Source: Haplodiscus bocki
Lineage: Eukaryota
NCBI GenBank assembly: GCA_965655095.1
Contig: OZ296654.1
Coordinates: forward strand, 38,812,001 to 38,876,000
DNA length: 64,000 bases
Reading direction: 5' to 3'
Shown: piece after piece, positions 1-11,958 of the stretch
Layout of the letters: every line of letters begins with the position of its first letter
Position numbering within the stretch: the first letter of the stretch is position 1
Notes under the pieces: model-generated
The model's input: only the letters and a program-made list of their open reading frames with translations
Database searches by the model: none
Told to the model about the DNA's origin: nothing
Translations under genes and position numbers: made by a program

Positions 1-2489
1 TATCTCGCTTGTCCTTTGTTTCTCGGCTTTCTAAAAAGCAATATTGGAGAAAATTGAAGGAGTCATATGAAAACTAAAACTATTCATCTTTATACTTTTG
101 TGGAGTGCGCTCTCGAGGACTCCGCAAGCGCGCATATCTTCAGTTGCATCTTTTTTTTTCTGTTAAGTTTTCTTTTCTTCGGAGCTTGTTTGATAATAAT
201 CAGGATCTTTATTCAAACTTTTCTTCTTGATCTTAAAAAAAAACGAGACACACTAATCAAAACGTTCAAATTTCAAAAGTGCAGCTCTTTTGAACTTTTT
301 TGATAGACCAACATTGTGGCTCATGAAACAGGCAAAGAAACAGGCTCCTGCTTATCCATGAGCTTGTCCCGCTCTTCGGCAGATAACTGCTCGTTATCCA
401 TATTAGGCGGCGTTCTAAAATTGAATGTTGTTTAGACTATGATAAAAGTTTCTTCCACAATGCTTGGAAGATATTAGGGTTTCGCTTCGATACTCACTCT
501 ACACATTCGAAGCTATCGAGAACGTCATTGGTTCGAGGAAGCGACAATATATCAAGTGGGAGGCCCTTTGCTGATTAGCAATTCTGCCTCCTCGCTTTTT
601 CTAGTTCTTGATAGCTTGAAAAATATCCGTTTTGTTTCAGAGTTAAGGGAAACCCATCAAAAGAAGTGAGTCGATCGAAGAAAACATACCCGGGGCTGAC
701 TGGCGAAGTTAAGGCTTCTGCCCACTTTGGAGTAGCTGGCCTATTCGTCAAATCCCGAAGTGGACTAAAAAACACAAAAAAGTGACAGATAAAACAGTTG
801 AAAAGTTCGGAAAAACATCTAGTTCAGAAAACAAACCAGTTCATAGGGTCAATTGTGGAAAGTGGCATTGCTGGCTCTGGTTCATAGGGTACAGTCACAT
901 CAGGAAGATTAAAAAAATAAATTCATATTGTCCTATTCCTAAAGGACAACAACTGACATTTCATTCAAGTTTCAAAGAACCTGTTTTCTCGGTTTGGGGA
1001 TTGAATCACACAGGTTTTTTTTCGTTTAGATCGCTAATCGTTTTGCTTGTTTCGCGGGTACCTTTTTGCGGTGACGTTGACTGCGCAGGTTCTTCTTACA
1101 CTTTCGATCAGTTTCTTCGTCACTATCGCTAAAGATTTGACTGTTGTTTTCTAATCTCTTTTTCGCCTGCACATGTTAGCTGAAACAAGCCTCCTATTCA
1201 GTTTTCTTTCAAAAGAAATCGAGTGCCTTTTCAGATTAGCTACCGTTGTGCGGAAAAAGTGACGGACTCTTCAATGGCACTTAGGCCCTCTGTGTTATTG
1301 GAGGAACTGCTGTTACTGGTGTGGATTTTTTGCAATTGGGTCTTCCTGGCTTCCGCTTGCCCGCTGGAAAAAGGCAATTTCTTACTAGCTAGCTTCCAGG
1401 TATGATTACTTCGCTTCAACGAGCTGACAGTTCAAAGTCTTGGTTGTAAAGTAGGATAACTAAAGTATCTTTAAGTTTTAACCCATGCTGGGAACGATTC
1501 ATTCTGCTCAATCAAATTACGCCCACTCACGCTTGCGAGGACTTATCTTCCAGAATCCTTGGTTTGATAAACCTGAAAAAGAGACCGTTGTTGAACTGTG
1601 AAATCAACAACGAGGAAAAAATTGAAAAAAAAGCAACCTTTGGTTCTTAACGCGCCACTCCAGGCCTACACCGTTGTAGTCATACAACAATTCATCCTCT
1701 TTAAAAATGTCTGGCAGTGCAACAAAACGCACATGCAGTAATCCACCTGAAACAGAAGCCCAAAGAGAACTTTTGCAACGAGAAAAAAAAACATTTCTCT
1801 TTTTGTGGATTGTGGGGGCTAACTTGAAACCCGGTACGGCTCCGCCTTCACGTTCGGTTTGCGGTTGGCGTCATTCATGTATCTGGCTAGTCCGGAATCT
1901 TCATAGGTTGCGTCTATGTAAAGCCCATTCCTTTCATCGGTGAAAATATACTCATTCGTGCCGTCCTAAAATTTGAAAAAAAAAATTAAGCTACCACTTT
2001 CCAAAGTAGGGCGTATTGGATTTTTTTTTCAATTCTAACAACCATTAGCTCGTCGCATTCTTCTTTGGTGTTTTTACTTGCACGATAAAACATGAGTACT
2101 GACCCCCTTCGGGAAGAATCTGGTGGCGACCAGGCCGAAACCTTTCTTTTGGTTGATAAATGTATTTTCGGACCCTTGTTGGCCCTGGTAGAGGTAAAAT
2201 GTCTCGTTAACCATTACCTCTTTTCTTACGATCGTCTTCCAGGCAGACGATATCGCTTGCACTCGAACTGGAGCTTCGGTTGAAGATCACCTGTGGGCTC
2301 AAGCTGGGGCTCATACGCGGACTTCTCGACACTACAAAGGGTGGTACTAGGAAAAGAAGTATGCCAAAACTAAAAGAAGACGATTTGACTATAGAGTTGA
2401 ACTTAACTACTATAAGTTAAGAAGGTAACAAAGACTTCTCTGACGGTTTTGACTTTTGGACTTGAATTTTACTTTAGAAAGTAAAAGTT

Positions 2490-3741
2490 TTGAAAGCAAA
2501 AGCTCTGAAAAAGTGAATTAATTTTGGGTATACAAATTTGAATCAAATGGACGGTATAGGAAATTTGTGCCTAATATTTCGCAACCAGTGGCCTTTGACA
2601 GCTTTGCTTCAATCATAAGCGCAGAATTATCGAAAAAAAAGACGTTAGGGCTTGTTTCGAAAGACCTCAACAACGTTTTTTAGTGAGACCTCATGGACGC
2701 AATTCAGACCTGCCTAAACGATAAAACCTTGCCATCTAAAACCTTTTTTTTCCGCGTGAAGAGGACCAGAAAACATTTTAGATCGTTGAATCTAACCCTT
2801 GAATTGGCGTCGGAAGGAAAGAAGCAGTTGAATTGGCTGTTTCCACATTATCGAAATAGTTAACGAAAAGTTCGGAAATAACAGATTTTCAACACTGATT
2901 TTACCATTTTTTTCATCTTTTTTATTCAGGTCAACAACTGCTTTGCGATGGGTTGCTTTTTTGATAGCCTTTACACATCATTAGGTAAAAAATAAGTCCA
3001 GAAAACCAGGACTTGTCATCTGCTTCACAAGTTTTCAGCCACCATACTTCGGAGGACCTGAACTACGCAATTCAGACATACTTGTACGGTGAAATCTTTA
3101 CCGTAGAACACTTTTTGCACACGGAGAGTACCAAAAAAACATTTTAAAACGTTAGGTATACTCAATGACTTTGCGTTGGAAGCAAAAAAACAGTTGGTTA
3201 CAGTCTTCCGAACGTATTGAAATAATTAACGTAAAAGTTCCGAGATAACGGAGTTCCAACACTTTTTTTTATCAATTTCATGAGAATTATCGAGTGCTTT
3301 TGCAACAAACTGCTTTTTGGTTGCTTTGAAACTTCGTTAAGCATAAAAGAACTCCAAAAAACGAGGGGTTGTTAAGTGTTTTGAAAGTTTATAGCGACGT
3401 TACTTTGTAGGACCCGAAACACTCAACTCATAGCTGCTTGAACACAGAAATCATTCCCCGCAAACTCTTCTTGCACATGAAGAGTACCAAAATACGTACA
3501 TTTTAACACGTTGGATCTACTCGTTTGTCTTGCCCTGGAAACAAAAAAAGCGGTTGGTTACCGTAAAACGACAGCATTGAAATAGTTAAAGTAAAAGAAC
3601 CTAGATTAGAGACTTTGAAATCTGATTCTAGCAATTTTTTCATCAATTTCATAAACTTTATCTGGTGCTTTTGCAAGGAATTGCTTTTCGGCAGCCTTGA
3701 ATCATCAGTAGGCACAAAAGAATTCCAAAAAACCAGGACTA
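2490..3741. repeat. Degenerate ~360-bp tandem repeat, about 3.5 copies
   Basis: Recurring blocks at ~360-bp period: 'cgcaattcagac' at ~2698 and ~3066; 'gag(g/t)acca(g/a)aa' at ~2761, ~3127, ~3482; 'gaaata(g/a)ttaa' at ~2853, ~3219, ~3579. The last copy ends where the Gypsy sequence begins. Confidence 0.65.
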
Positions 3742-3759
3742 AAGGTCCTACTCACACAA

Positions 3760-4565
3760 CTAAAGTGGAAGCAGACATCATTCGTGAAATCGGTGACGTC
3801 GACGAGATGGCATCTTTATTTGGTAGTCCTATAAACCTGATGCCTAAAAAGGTTTATGTGAGATTAGTCAACGACGCAAGAGATCTAATTTCTGAGACGG
3901 ATCTCACTAACTATTCCTGGATCTTAGAAACAGTGCAAATGAATATGAACAGAATCAACAGCAGATTCTTCTCAGTGAGCGATTTATCTTGTGCTAAATA
4001 AAGTATCAAGTCCCTTTGAGTTCGGAGACACAGAGACTAACCAGTTTTCTCATTGTTGGGAGACAGTACATCTACACTCGTGGATTCTATGGTCTTTGTG
4101 GACTTTCGAACTGTTTCAGCCGACTAATGACGATATGTTTCGATCCTCTCATTAAGGAGAAACAAGCAATCACCATTGACGACACAATAATTCAGTCGGA
4201 AAATAAGAACGAAATGTTTTCAGTCATCAACAAATACCACACGTTCCTTCGGAGGGCCGGTCTCAAGGCCGCTCCTGACGAAATATTTGTTTTCAGGAAT
4301 GTTAACTTTCTTGGTCACGTTATATCACTCAAAAGGATCCAACCCATCGCAAAACGAGTGAAAGACTTGAAGAATCTCAAGTCACCTGAAAGTAAATGGG
4401 ACGTCTTTAAAGCTCTTGGGTGCCTTGGATTCTATAGCTGATATATCATGAACCTTCGTGTGGACAGTCAACCTTTTTGACTTGATCAAGGCTTCGACTC
4501 CGTTCCACTGGACACATGATCACGCGACACATTTCCCATGAATTAAGGACAAAGTCAGAGAAGAC
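3760..4565 (+). pseudogene. pol: Gypsy reverse transcriptase (disrupted)
   Basis: SPINLMPK..VRLVNDAR, FFSVSDLSCA, QYIYTRGFYGLCGL, ITIDD (YxDD with Y lost), VNFLGHVIS, LGCLGFYS in ORFs 3615-4001 and 4016-4441. Confidence 0.92.
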
Positions 4566-4569
4566 ACGA

Positions 4570-4950
4570 TCCTTGCTGTGCCTTCCATTATCCTGTTAAA
4601 ATTCAAGCGGATTCGCACAGTGTTGGAAATGTCTGCTTTCTGATTCAACAGTTTCTTGAAGGAAAACGGATATTTTCCTTCAACTCAAGGATTTTTGGAA
4701 AAGCTGAACAGAAAATGTCTACCCTCCACTGGAAGCGTTGCAGAATTGTCTCCGCTCTGCAAACCTATGAACATTACATCATTAGATTTCCTTTTCGATA
4801 TATCTAAATTGCGACCACAAACCGATCCTTTATCTGTGGGGACGCAAAGAGCATCGATTCTGTAAATATCAAGTGATCAAAGCGAAATTTCAAAATCTCA
4901 AATTCATTTAAACTCTCGGATCAAACCCAGTTTTCCCGGATAATTTTAGT
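4570..4950 (+). pseudogene. pol: Ty3/Gypsy-type RNase H (disrupted)
   Basis: IQADSHSVG (DxS motif, ~4601), KRIFSFNSRIFGKAEQKMSTL, IVSALQTYEHYI, CDHKPILYLW (~4810), FPDNFS (~4935, xADxLSR-like). Confidence 0.85.
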
Positions 4951-5799
4951 GGCAGTGTAACAGTGGAAGAGTATCAAAAATACCAGCTACAAAACAACAA
5001 ATTACCTGGAGACATAGGGTTCTACGATGAACATGGTCCTTTAGTAATTTATTGAATCTAACGCGATGACAACCCAAATGACACTTGCATTGACTTGTAT
5101 CCAATTCATTGCCAACAAGGAAACGACAAAAGTTTCTTCCTTTTGGGCAATGATGGTGAAAACTACATGCTGAACAGCCTCAGCAACGAACGAGTTCACA
5201 ATAATAACTATACAATGCGGAGCCGACAGCTTCTGAATGGGTAGGACAATCAATCAGTTCCGACGCTTGGGCGTTTCTTCGTCGCCACCTCTAGGCTCGA
5301 TAGAAGACTCTGAACCTGTTCACAGTTCAATCAATTCGGCGAACACTGAGGAAGACAATAACACTGAACACTGAGGAAGACGATAAAACTGGACGAACTC
5401 GCTGAAGATGCCGGTCCAACTACCGACGATGACGAAGAGAACCTAATATGCTAAATAAACCTAAATGATGACAACTATCGGCTGTGTAAAGCCAAAGCAG
5501 CCCACGATGCTGTCATGGGAAAGATTGACTTTTCCCTGGTGAAAAAGATGCTCACAGGTACCGAGGCCCCAAATTTGGACACTAGAGCTTTAATTATGAA
5601 ACCAGATAATATTGCTAAAACAGTCGATTTTGGTGTTTCCACTATTTTGGCCGAACAAATCAAGTACCTAGCTTTTGCCACTGTCCGATCATGGCTACGC
5701 AAAGAATTCCTAAACGAAAAAAACACCCGAAATTCAACACTGGAAGGGACTCCTTCGATAATACCAAGAGTTCGGTCGAATGTTGACCGGAGAAGGACA

Positions 5800-6210
5800 A
5801 CTAATATGCTCTAATGAACCTTCTGACAAACTGGAAGACGAGACCTTACGAATTTGCCGGGCAACATCACTTTTCTTAGCTTGTTTCAGGCTTGGCCAGT
5901 ATAATGAAATGGGTGGACACATGGGTGCTTCCAAAACTTACAAGAATGCGCAACGATTCTATTATGGGTATAGTCTGTTTGACTGGATCTGAGCAGTCGC
6001 TTCTGATTGTCTGACTTTTCAGAATAACAAACCGAAACCCATACCGCGGAATGAAGTCCCATCGGCAGAATGGCAAAACGAGACTTCCATTCCGCACTGT
6101 CAATATCGATCACAAAGGAACCCTTCATCCACCAAGTATTCAAAATCTTCTTTGGCTCTTGGTTATTGATGCATTTTCTCGTTTCTTGATGGTATACCCA
6201 GTTATAACCA
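5800..6210 (+). pseudogene. pol: Integrase zinc-binding domain and start of the catalytic core, truncated by an internal deletion
   Basis: MGGHMGASKTY...RFYY...DCLTFQ (decayed HHCC), NIDHKG, LLVIDAFSRFLMVYPV; homology stops at ~6208. Confidence 0.85.
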
Positions 6211-6588
6211 GGGAGTGATGAGCTTACGAATTGTTGTCAACCGTACAGGAATTCACAGATATTCCCTTCTTCAATAACACTCATCCTTTGACGAGACACC
6301 TAGTCAGAGAACTCATTCAACTCTGTCAATCTTCAGTCTCTGACAACCAGGCAGCAGGCCTAAAAAGAGTCAAAAGAAACTACAATTGAACAAATTCAAT
6401 GGGAGAAGTCAGTCACTTTCAAACTTTCAATTTGGCACTTCTTTGGTGATACCCCTTTTTGATCCGGCACTTTTCATAGAAGTCTCGACGTCGTTTTTAC
6501 AGTAGTGGAGCTATTTCAACTGGGATATCCCGCGACGAAACTATTTCGTTCTTTTGAATAGCTATTTTCTCTAAGTAAAATAACAGAG

Positions 6589-8732
6589 ATGGAACTTCCG
6601 CTAAAGTATTCGGCGACGATGCTATTACTTTTTGAAATCCTCGTGTTTTGTTCCGAGGTTGTTTTTAGCTTGCCTCCAGATGCAGATCAGGTTGCTAAGA
6701 ATCTTAAAAGATCTCATTTTGACTGTGGAGCGATGACAAAAAACACTCTCTATGCTCTCAATCAGGTACAACAATGCCATATTACAACTGAGGAACTGGA
6801 AAATAGTCAGACGAAAATCATACTTCACACTATGCTTTTCTGCAGACAGCTGAACGCAACAAAATAACGGATACAACAGCAACGAAAAAAATGGCTTTGC
6901 CCACATAACAACCACAACAGTATTGGCCACTCTATTGCGGGAACTACCACTGACTTAGTGATCTCGCCCGAACAAGGCCGCTCTCTTGCAAAAAGAAAGA
7001 TGATCTATTTGGCTGACCAATTTTTGCATCTGATGTAAAAGATCCCGTCGTAATAGTAGATGGTCCCAAGAGTGATGATAATAGAAACCACTGCGACAGA
7101 AGAAGGTGGATTACACGTGATAGATTCCTCCCTCATATGCAAGGAACAACTCTGAAAGTGAGAATGTCCACTGGAAAAGTTTTATCCGATTCAGCTCGAG
7201 TATTGCCATCTGCATTGGAAGAACTAAGCTTGGAGACAACTTCATCGGATCCCTTTGCCTACATATTGGACTATCCCGACGACTGTGTCTTGTCAGTTTT
7301 CCGAATCGAAGAAGTCATTATGGGGAAACAAAGAACAAAGTTTTATATCATTAGTGGACCCGATTCAACAAAAATAACCCACAAAAACATTGCGGACAGC
7401 CAACAAATTTTTACCCGACCAATTATGATTCACTCTATGTAGCAATAATTGATGGAGGCTTCGACTTGAGATCTGGAAGGAAGCTAGAAAAGGAACGAAA
7501 GGGTGCCACTCAACTCTTGCAGTATATAGCGCCCACCGAGAGCAATGTATTTGCTCAACTCTATGCATACGACCCAAGACACACATCCCACAGAACAATT
7601 GATGAGGATATGTATCGGAATACGGACAACGAGATGCACAGGGCTACAAAACCGCACAACCTTTTCTTTCAGAGTCCAAGGCCACTTCAGGCTTCTGAGA
7701 AACAACTCTCGAAAAACTAATGTGAGCAAGAACGAACCCAGATTCTCGCCAATTTGATGCCGTCGCTTGAAAACCCACGTGTTGAAGGCTATATGTTAAT
7801 AGGGAACCGATCAATGTTCCGTGGAAACTGATGGCTGCTTGGCTTGGCTCATCGCTGCCTATTAGTTCATTCATTACTTCACACTATGTACCAGTGTTAC
7901 GATCGATTACCCATACTTTTTGAACGCCAAATGCAATTGGTTGATTCTCTCACACGGCAAACTCACGGCACGGGTAACCTCCAAAATTGTACCGATCGAA
8001 TAAAAAACTTCTTTAAGTTCGATATGGACCAGGAAGACTCGTGGTATACAATAACACCTGGCATCGTGCACCAAAACAGACCTTCTGTGTTTGGGCTTGA
8101 ATATGTCTCACCCGTAGCAGTTCATTCTTTTCCTGGATTGCAAGATGCAGGAAAGTACACTAGGAGCGAAGTCAACAATTCTTGGGGCAGTATCCTTATT
8201 AGTGCTGCTTCTGGAAATGCCTTGAAAAAGTTCTTCCGCAAAGTCATCGTTTTTTCAAACAACATAAAGGACCCTGGCAAATTCCCCTTATGTGCTCCTC
8301 GAACTGACTTCTCTGTGGATAATGTGATATCACCTGGATAGTTCAAGGATCGCTTTCTGGACACATTTGGACTAGTCGCATATATCCTTGAACAGTGCGG
8401 TATATACTTTTCAGTCTTTCGATTCTTCAGACTAACAATAGATGTTGTGATCATGGTAATACGCCTCTGAGAAGTAACCAAAATGACTGGCGCATCGATG
8501 GGGATTGGTAGGACCCTTCGTAACACCTTTTTCAATATCTTTTTTTGTCCGTTTTGACTTTCATCTGTAATCCCCGCGCTCCATCCCTTGCTGCTGTAGA
8601 AGAAAAGCCCTATGTAATAAGGTGGAGCTGATTGAGATGAGAGGGGATGCCAAGGAAAAGGAGGAGCACCTCTATCCCGTATTGAGTCCAGCTCAGTGTA
8701 ATTCAGCTCTAACTCCCATATCCCTCGTTTAA
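6589..8732 (+). pseudogene. env: env-like glycoprotein ORF (disrupted), chuvirus-glycoprotein-like
   Basis: Hydrophobic N-terminal signal (MLLLFEILVFCSEVVFS), HFDCG..NQVQQC..ATK*RIQQQRKKWLCPHNNHNS, Cys-rich ectodomain fragments (YPDDC, YQCYDRLPI), hydrophobic segment at ~8380-8465, short tail ending HLYPVLSP..ISLV* at 8732; lies downstream of pol. Confidence 0.75.
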
Positions 8733-9212
8733 GTTTGATATAACTGTTTTTCTAGGCTGCCGAACACTCAATCCACCCTCATTGTGACGATTGCCTCTCA
8801 GAGTCCTCTCCGATCCTTACGAAGACTTCAAACCTTCACACCCTCTGGTTTCGATATCCCCACCAATCCTCTCATCACCTTCCTCTCACCTATCTTTTCT
8901 TCACCTAAAATGCTTTCCAACCCAGCGTCGCCTGCCTGTCGACCTGCTCTGCTGCCAGAAATTACTGCAGAATCTACAACAATATCGAAGCTGTTGCTCC
9001 CGCAGTAGATGGGTTACATTTTCCGATTTCCTTACCCGATGACGACCCTCTACAAACCTACAAGACCTTCCTACTTCCAGTTCCCTTGTCTCTGACGTTC
9101 CACCTCTTCTTTCACGCCCCAGTCATCTCAAATTGATGGTGCCAGTTTTATAAAAAATGAAACTCTCTGACCGTATCTCAAGCTAATCATCATTAAAAAT
9201 GAAATATCAAGC

Positions 9213-9375
9213 AAAGGAAGAGAGGGTTGATGAAATAGAAGTAACGCCTAGACTTCAATTACTTGACATAAACATAATTATGTAGTGCCAACATTTTTCA
9301 GGGACTGATGAATAACAGAAGAATGATAATGACATGAAAAAGCTGGTGGAATAAATGAAACATTGGGATTGCACA
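9213..9375 (+). other. Polypurine tract (9213-9226) and possible remnant of the 3' LTR
   Basis: AAAGGAAGAGAGGG followed after 1 nt by TG; AATAAA at ~9349; CA at ~9375. There is no 5' LTR to compare with. Confidence 0.35.
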
Positions 9376-9569
9376 TTTTTTTAAAGAAAGTTACAACTAG
9401 CGCTTTTTTCTTTTTGGCTGCAGCTGCTAACATGCTTGGTACGAATCAATTTCCTTGTGGTTGAATGATATGGTAGTATGATGTTTTTCTGCGCTACCAA
9501 CTCGATCTTAATTTTCCTTTCCGTTGAACTGATGCGACTCCTGGGTCTTCTTCTGACGTGCTCTGCTCT

Positions 9570-9800
9570 TCTCTTTGTCTCCTTTTTTGGACAATTTTTT
9601 TCTAAATCCATCTTCCTCTTCTTTTTTTTTACGTTTTAGTCAATTGTTCTAATCCAAGTTCTCCTTCTCCCTTTTACTCTTCGGACAAATAATTCGAAGT
9701 CCAACTTTTCCTTCTCTCTTTGCCTCTTTGGACAATGTTTTTAAAGTCCAAGTCGTCTCTTCTCTTTGCTCTTCCTCGACGAAAACTTCTAAGTTTAATA
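9570..9800. repeat. Degenerate ~48-bp pyrimidine-rich minisatellite
   Basis: About 5 copies of ggacaa..ttctaa(a/g)tcca..cttctct..; reads as Lys/Glu-rich repeats on the minus strand. Confidence 0.5.
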
Positions 9801-11804
9801 TCGGTTGTCTATAAGTTTTCCAAGAGATTTTGATTTTCCCTCTTAGCTGAAAATTCTCTTCAGTCCTACAAAAATATTCTGAGACAAGTCAGTTTTACCA
9901 GAAGAGAGTCCCAGAAGCAACGCGCAGACCATCCGACTCCAGCAATGGTATTCGTTAGTCACGAATTTGACTAGTCCAGACTGACTATATCTTTCAGGCC
10001 AATTCTAACACTCTTTGCATAATTTCAGACGTGAAAAATCGCTTGTTTCCCAACGAAAGTTCCAAACAAATTGAAACGTTTTTTTTTCGGCTTGCTGATA
10101 AATTCCTCGTGAATTCATGAGGTGCAGTAAGTTTTTGGCCCGACCATGAATTTTCCGTTCCGTAGAATCCTTCGGACTTGAGTCTTGGTTGCAGAAAAAG
10201 GGACACAATAAGAGACTTGAGCAAGTAGCCTCTGTTTGACATGATACTTGTGTTGAGATGAAACTCAAAGTGCAGGTAATGTTCTTGTTTGAACTCACAG
10301 CTTCATCCTGATGTCTTGATCGCTGAATGAGCAAAAAGGGATCCTAAGACGAAAGCCATTTTACCGTAAAATGCCAGTTCCTGAGTGTAGACAAAAAGAT
10401 AGTTTTAAATATTACATATAAATAATACATAAAACTAAAATTTCACTAAAACCACAGAGAAAAAACAGCTAGAGACAGCGAATATCACGCTATTCGCCCC
10501 AGCCGAAAGCATCAAAAAAAGTTTTTTCTCATAAACTGATTTTGTTAATGAATATCTTTCGGATTTTCTCTGAAAGCTTTTGGATTTCTTTTTTCGTAAT
10601 TTGGATGATTTTTATGGTGTTTTGTATTTGCCATTATGGGAAATAATGTTCTCATAATATTCGTTAATTTACTGTTATGTCAATCAATAGTATTGTGGTC
10701 AAGACGATTTTCTTTACTTCTGGATCACTTTGTCAACTCGTATAGGTAGTGCTCTCAAATTGGAACATTTACTTTCGAAATTTAAATGCTGAAGCTAAAT
10801 TATTTCTTCGGAGTTTTTACCAGGGGATAACATTTCTATAATATATACAGGTGAAATCAAAATTTTCTGCAGAATTGATTCGGTTGAATTTTTTGCGGTT
10901 TTTTTTGAGAATTGATTGTTGATTTTTTTCAAAATCCCCCCTCTCCTTGCCGATAGTCTTTATGACCGAGTCACCTGAGGCGTGCATTTGCAGTTCTATT
11001 CGCCTGAGCGCATTTTTTTTCGCTTTGTCAACTGAATAATTGGGTATTCCTTTTGTATTTTCCTTTCATTGCTCATAAAGTCCTTGCTACTGAACTTACA
11101 TAACATTTGTTCAAGAGGCCAGCAAGACACCGAAAGTGAGAAAGATAAAAGCTCTAGAAACTCCCTCGGTCTATTGATAAAACAACTGACGCACCGCAGC
11201 CGTTTAGTTAATTTAGACAACAAATGGAGTGTTAGTCACGCACCGCTCTAAGCGAGAGTGAAAATTGAAACCAAATATGAATTCCTCTGCCCCTACATGC
11301 CGCTGCGACAGGCTCAAATTCTTCGGACGAAGTTCCAATCGAGAACTACTTGTTAAATGTTCGATCAGTCATTGCTACACCCCTTTGACGGAAAATTCTG
11401 CAGTGTGACTGCGCCTGTTTTGATCATCAGATCTGCTTTGCTATGAAATTTCTGCAGTTTTTTTTACTTTTACGCAAAAATCGAAATTAGAAAGTTCTCT
11501 CTTGGATTTTCTGAATTCTTCAATTGAAGCAAGCCAAGAATATGGCCAGTGTCGGCGCTGCCCGTATGGTTCAAAATACTATTAGGACGGACTTGAGTTT
11601 GATCGTTGAAGAATGGATTTTGGTTTATTGATTGGTACAAAACGTAGGAAAACCGCTTATGCTGGGATTCGAAGCTGCTGCTTTCCAATTATTTAGCTTT
11701 TGTTAGGTAAGTATCACAAAATTTTTTGGACTGAATTTGCCATGTTCTTTCGATAACAGTTAGATTTTTGGGATAATTTCCCGTATGAATTTAGAATCAG
11801 TGTA

Positions 11805-11872
11805 GTCTGTGTCGGGGTTGAAAACAGCGACCTGTGGCTGGGTGCCCCTTTGTCCTAGGCTCTGAACCATAT
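11805..11872 (-). repeat. Second, more degenerate tRNA-like copy in tandem
   Basis: Minus strand TATATGGTTCAGAGCCTAGG...GGTCGCTGTTTTCAACCCCGACACAGAC parallels the neighbouring copy at ~86-bp period. Confidence 0.4.
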
Positions 11873-11891
11873 AAAATAAAAAATATATATT

Positions 11892-11958
11892 GTGTCTTCC
11901 CGGGTTCGATCCCGCGATCGGTGACTTTGGACCCTTTTCTCCTACCCACTGTGCAATA
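11892..11958 (-). repeat. tRNA-derived (SINE-head-like) element
   Basis: Minus strand TTGCACAGTGG (A-box-like) and GGGATCGAACCC (B-box/T-arm-like) at tRNA spacing; no clean cloverleaf. Confidence 0.55.

Larger units (their letters stand above)
3742..9375 (+). mobile_element. Decayed, 5'-truncated Ty3/Gypsy LTR retrotransposon with env-like ORF
   Basis: RT-RNase H-integrase domain order, then a signal-peptide/TM glycoprotein ORF and a polypurine tract. No gag, protease or 5' LTR seen; many stops and frameshifts. The right boundary is uncertain. Confidence 0.9.

Noticed and set aside
1-2480. Short ORFs in the first 2.5 kb (and in 10.4-13.2 kb)
   Set aside because: No recognisable domain or consistent frame; left unassigned.
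11892-11958. Functional tRNA gene
   Set aside because: Acceptor and anticodon stems do not pair convincingly and the B box deviates (GGATCG).
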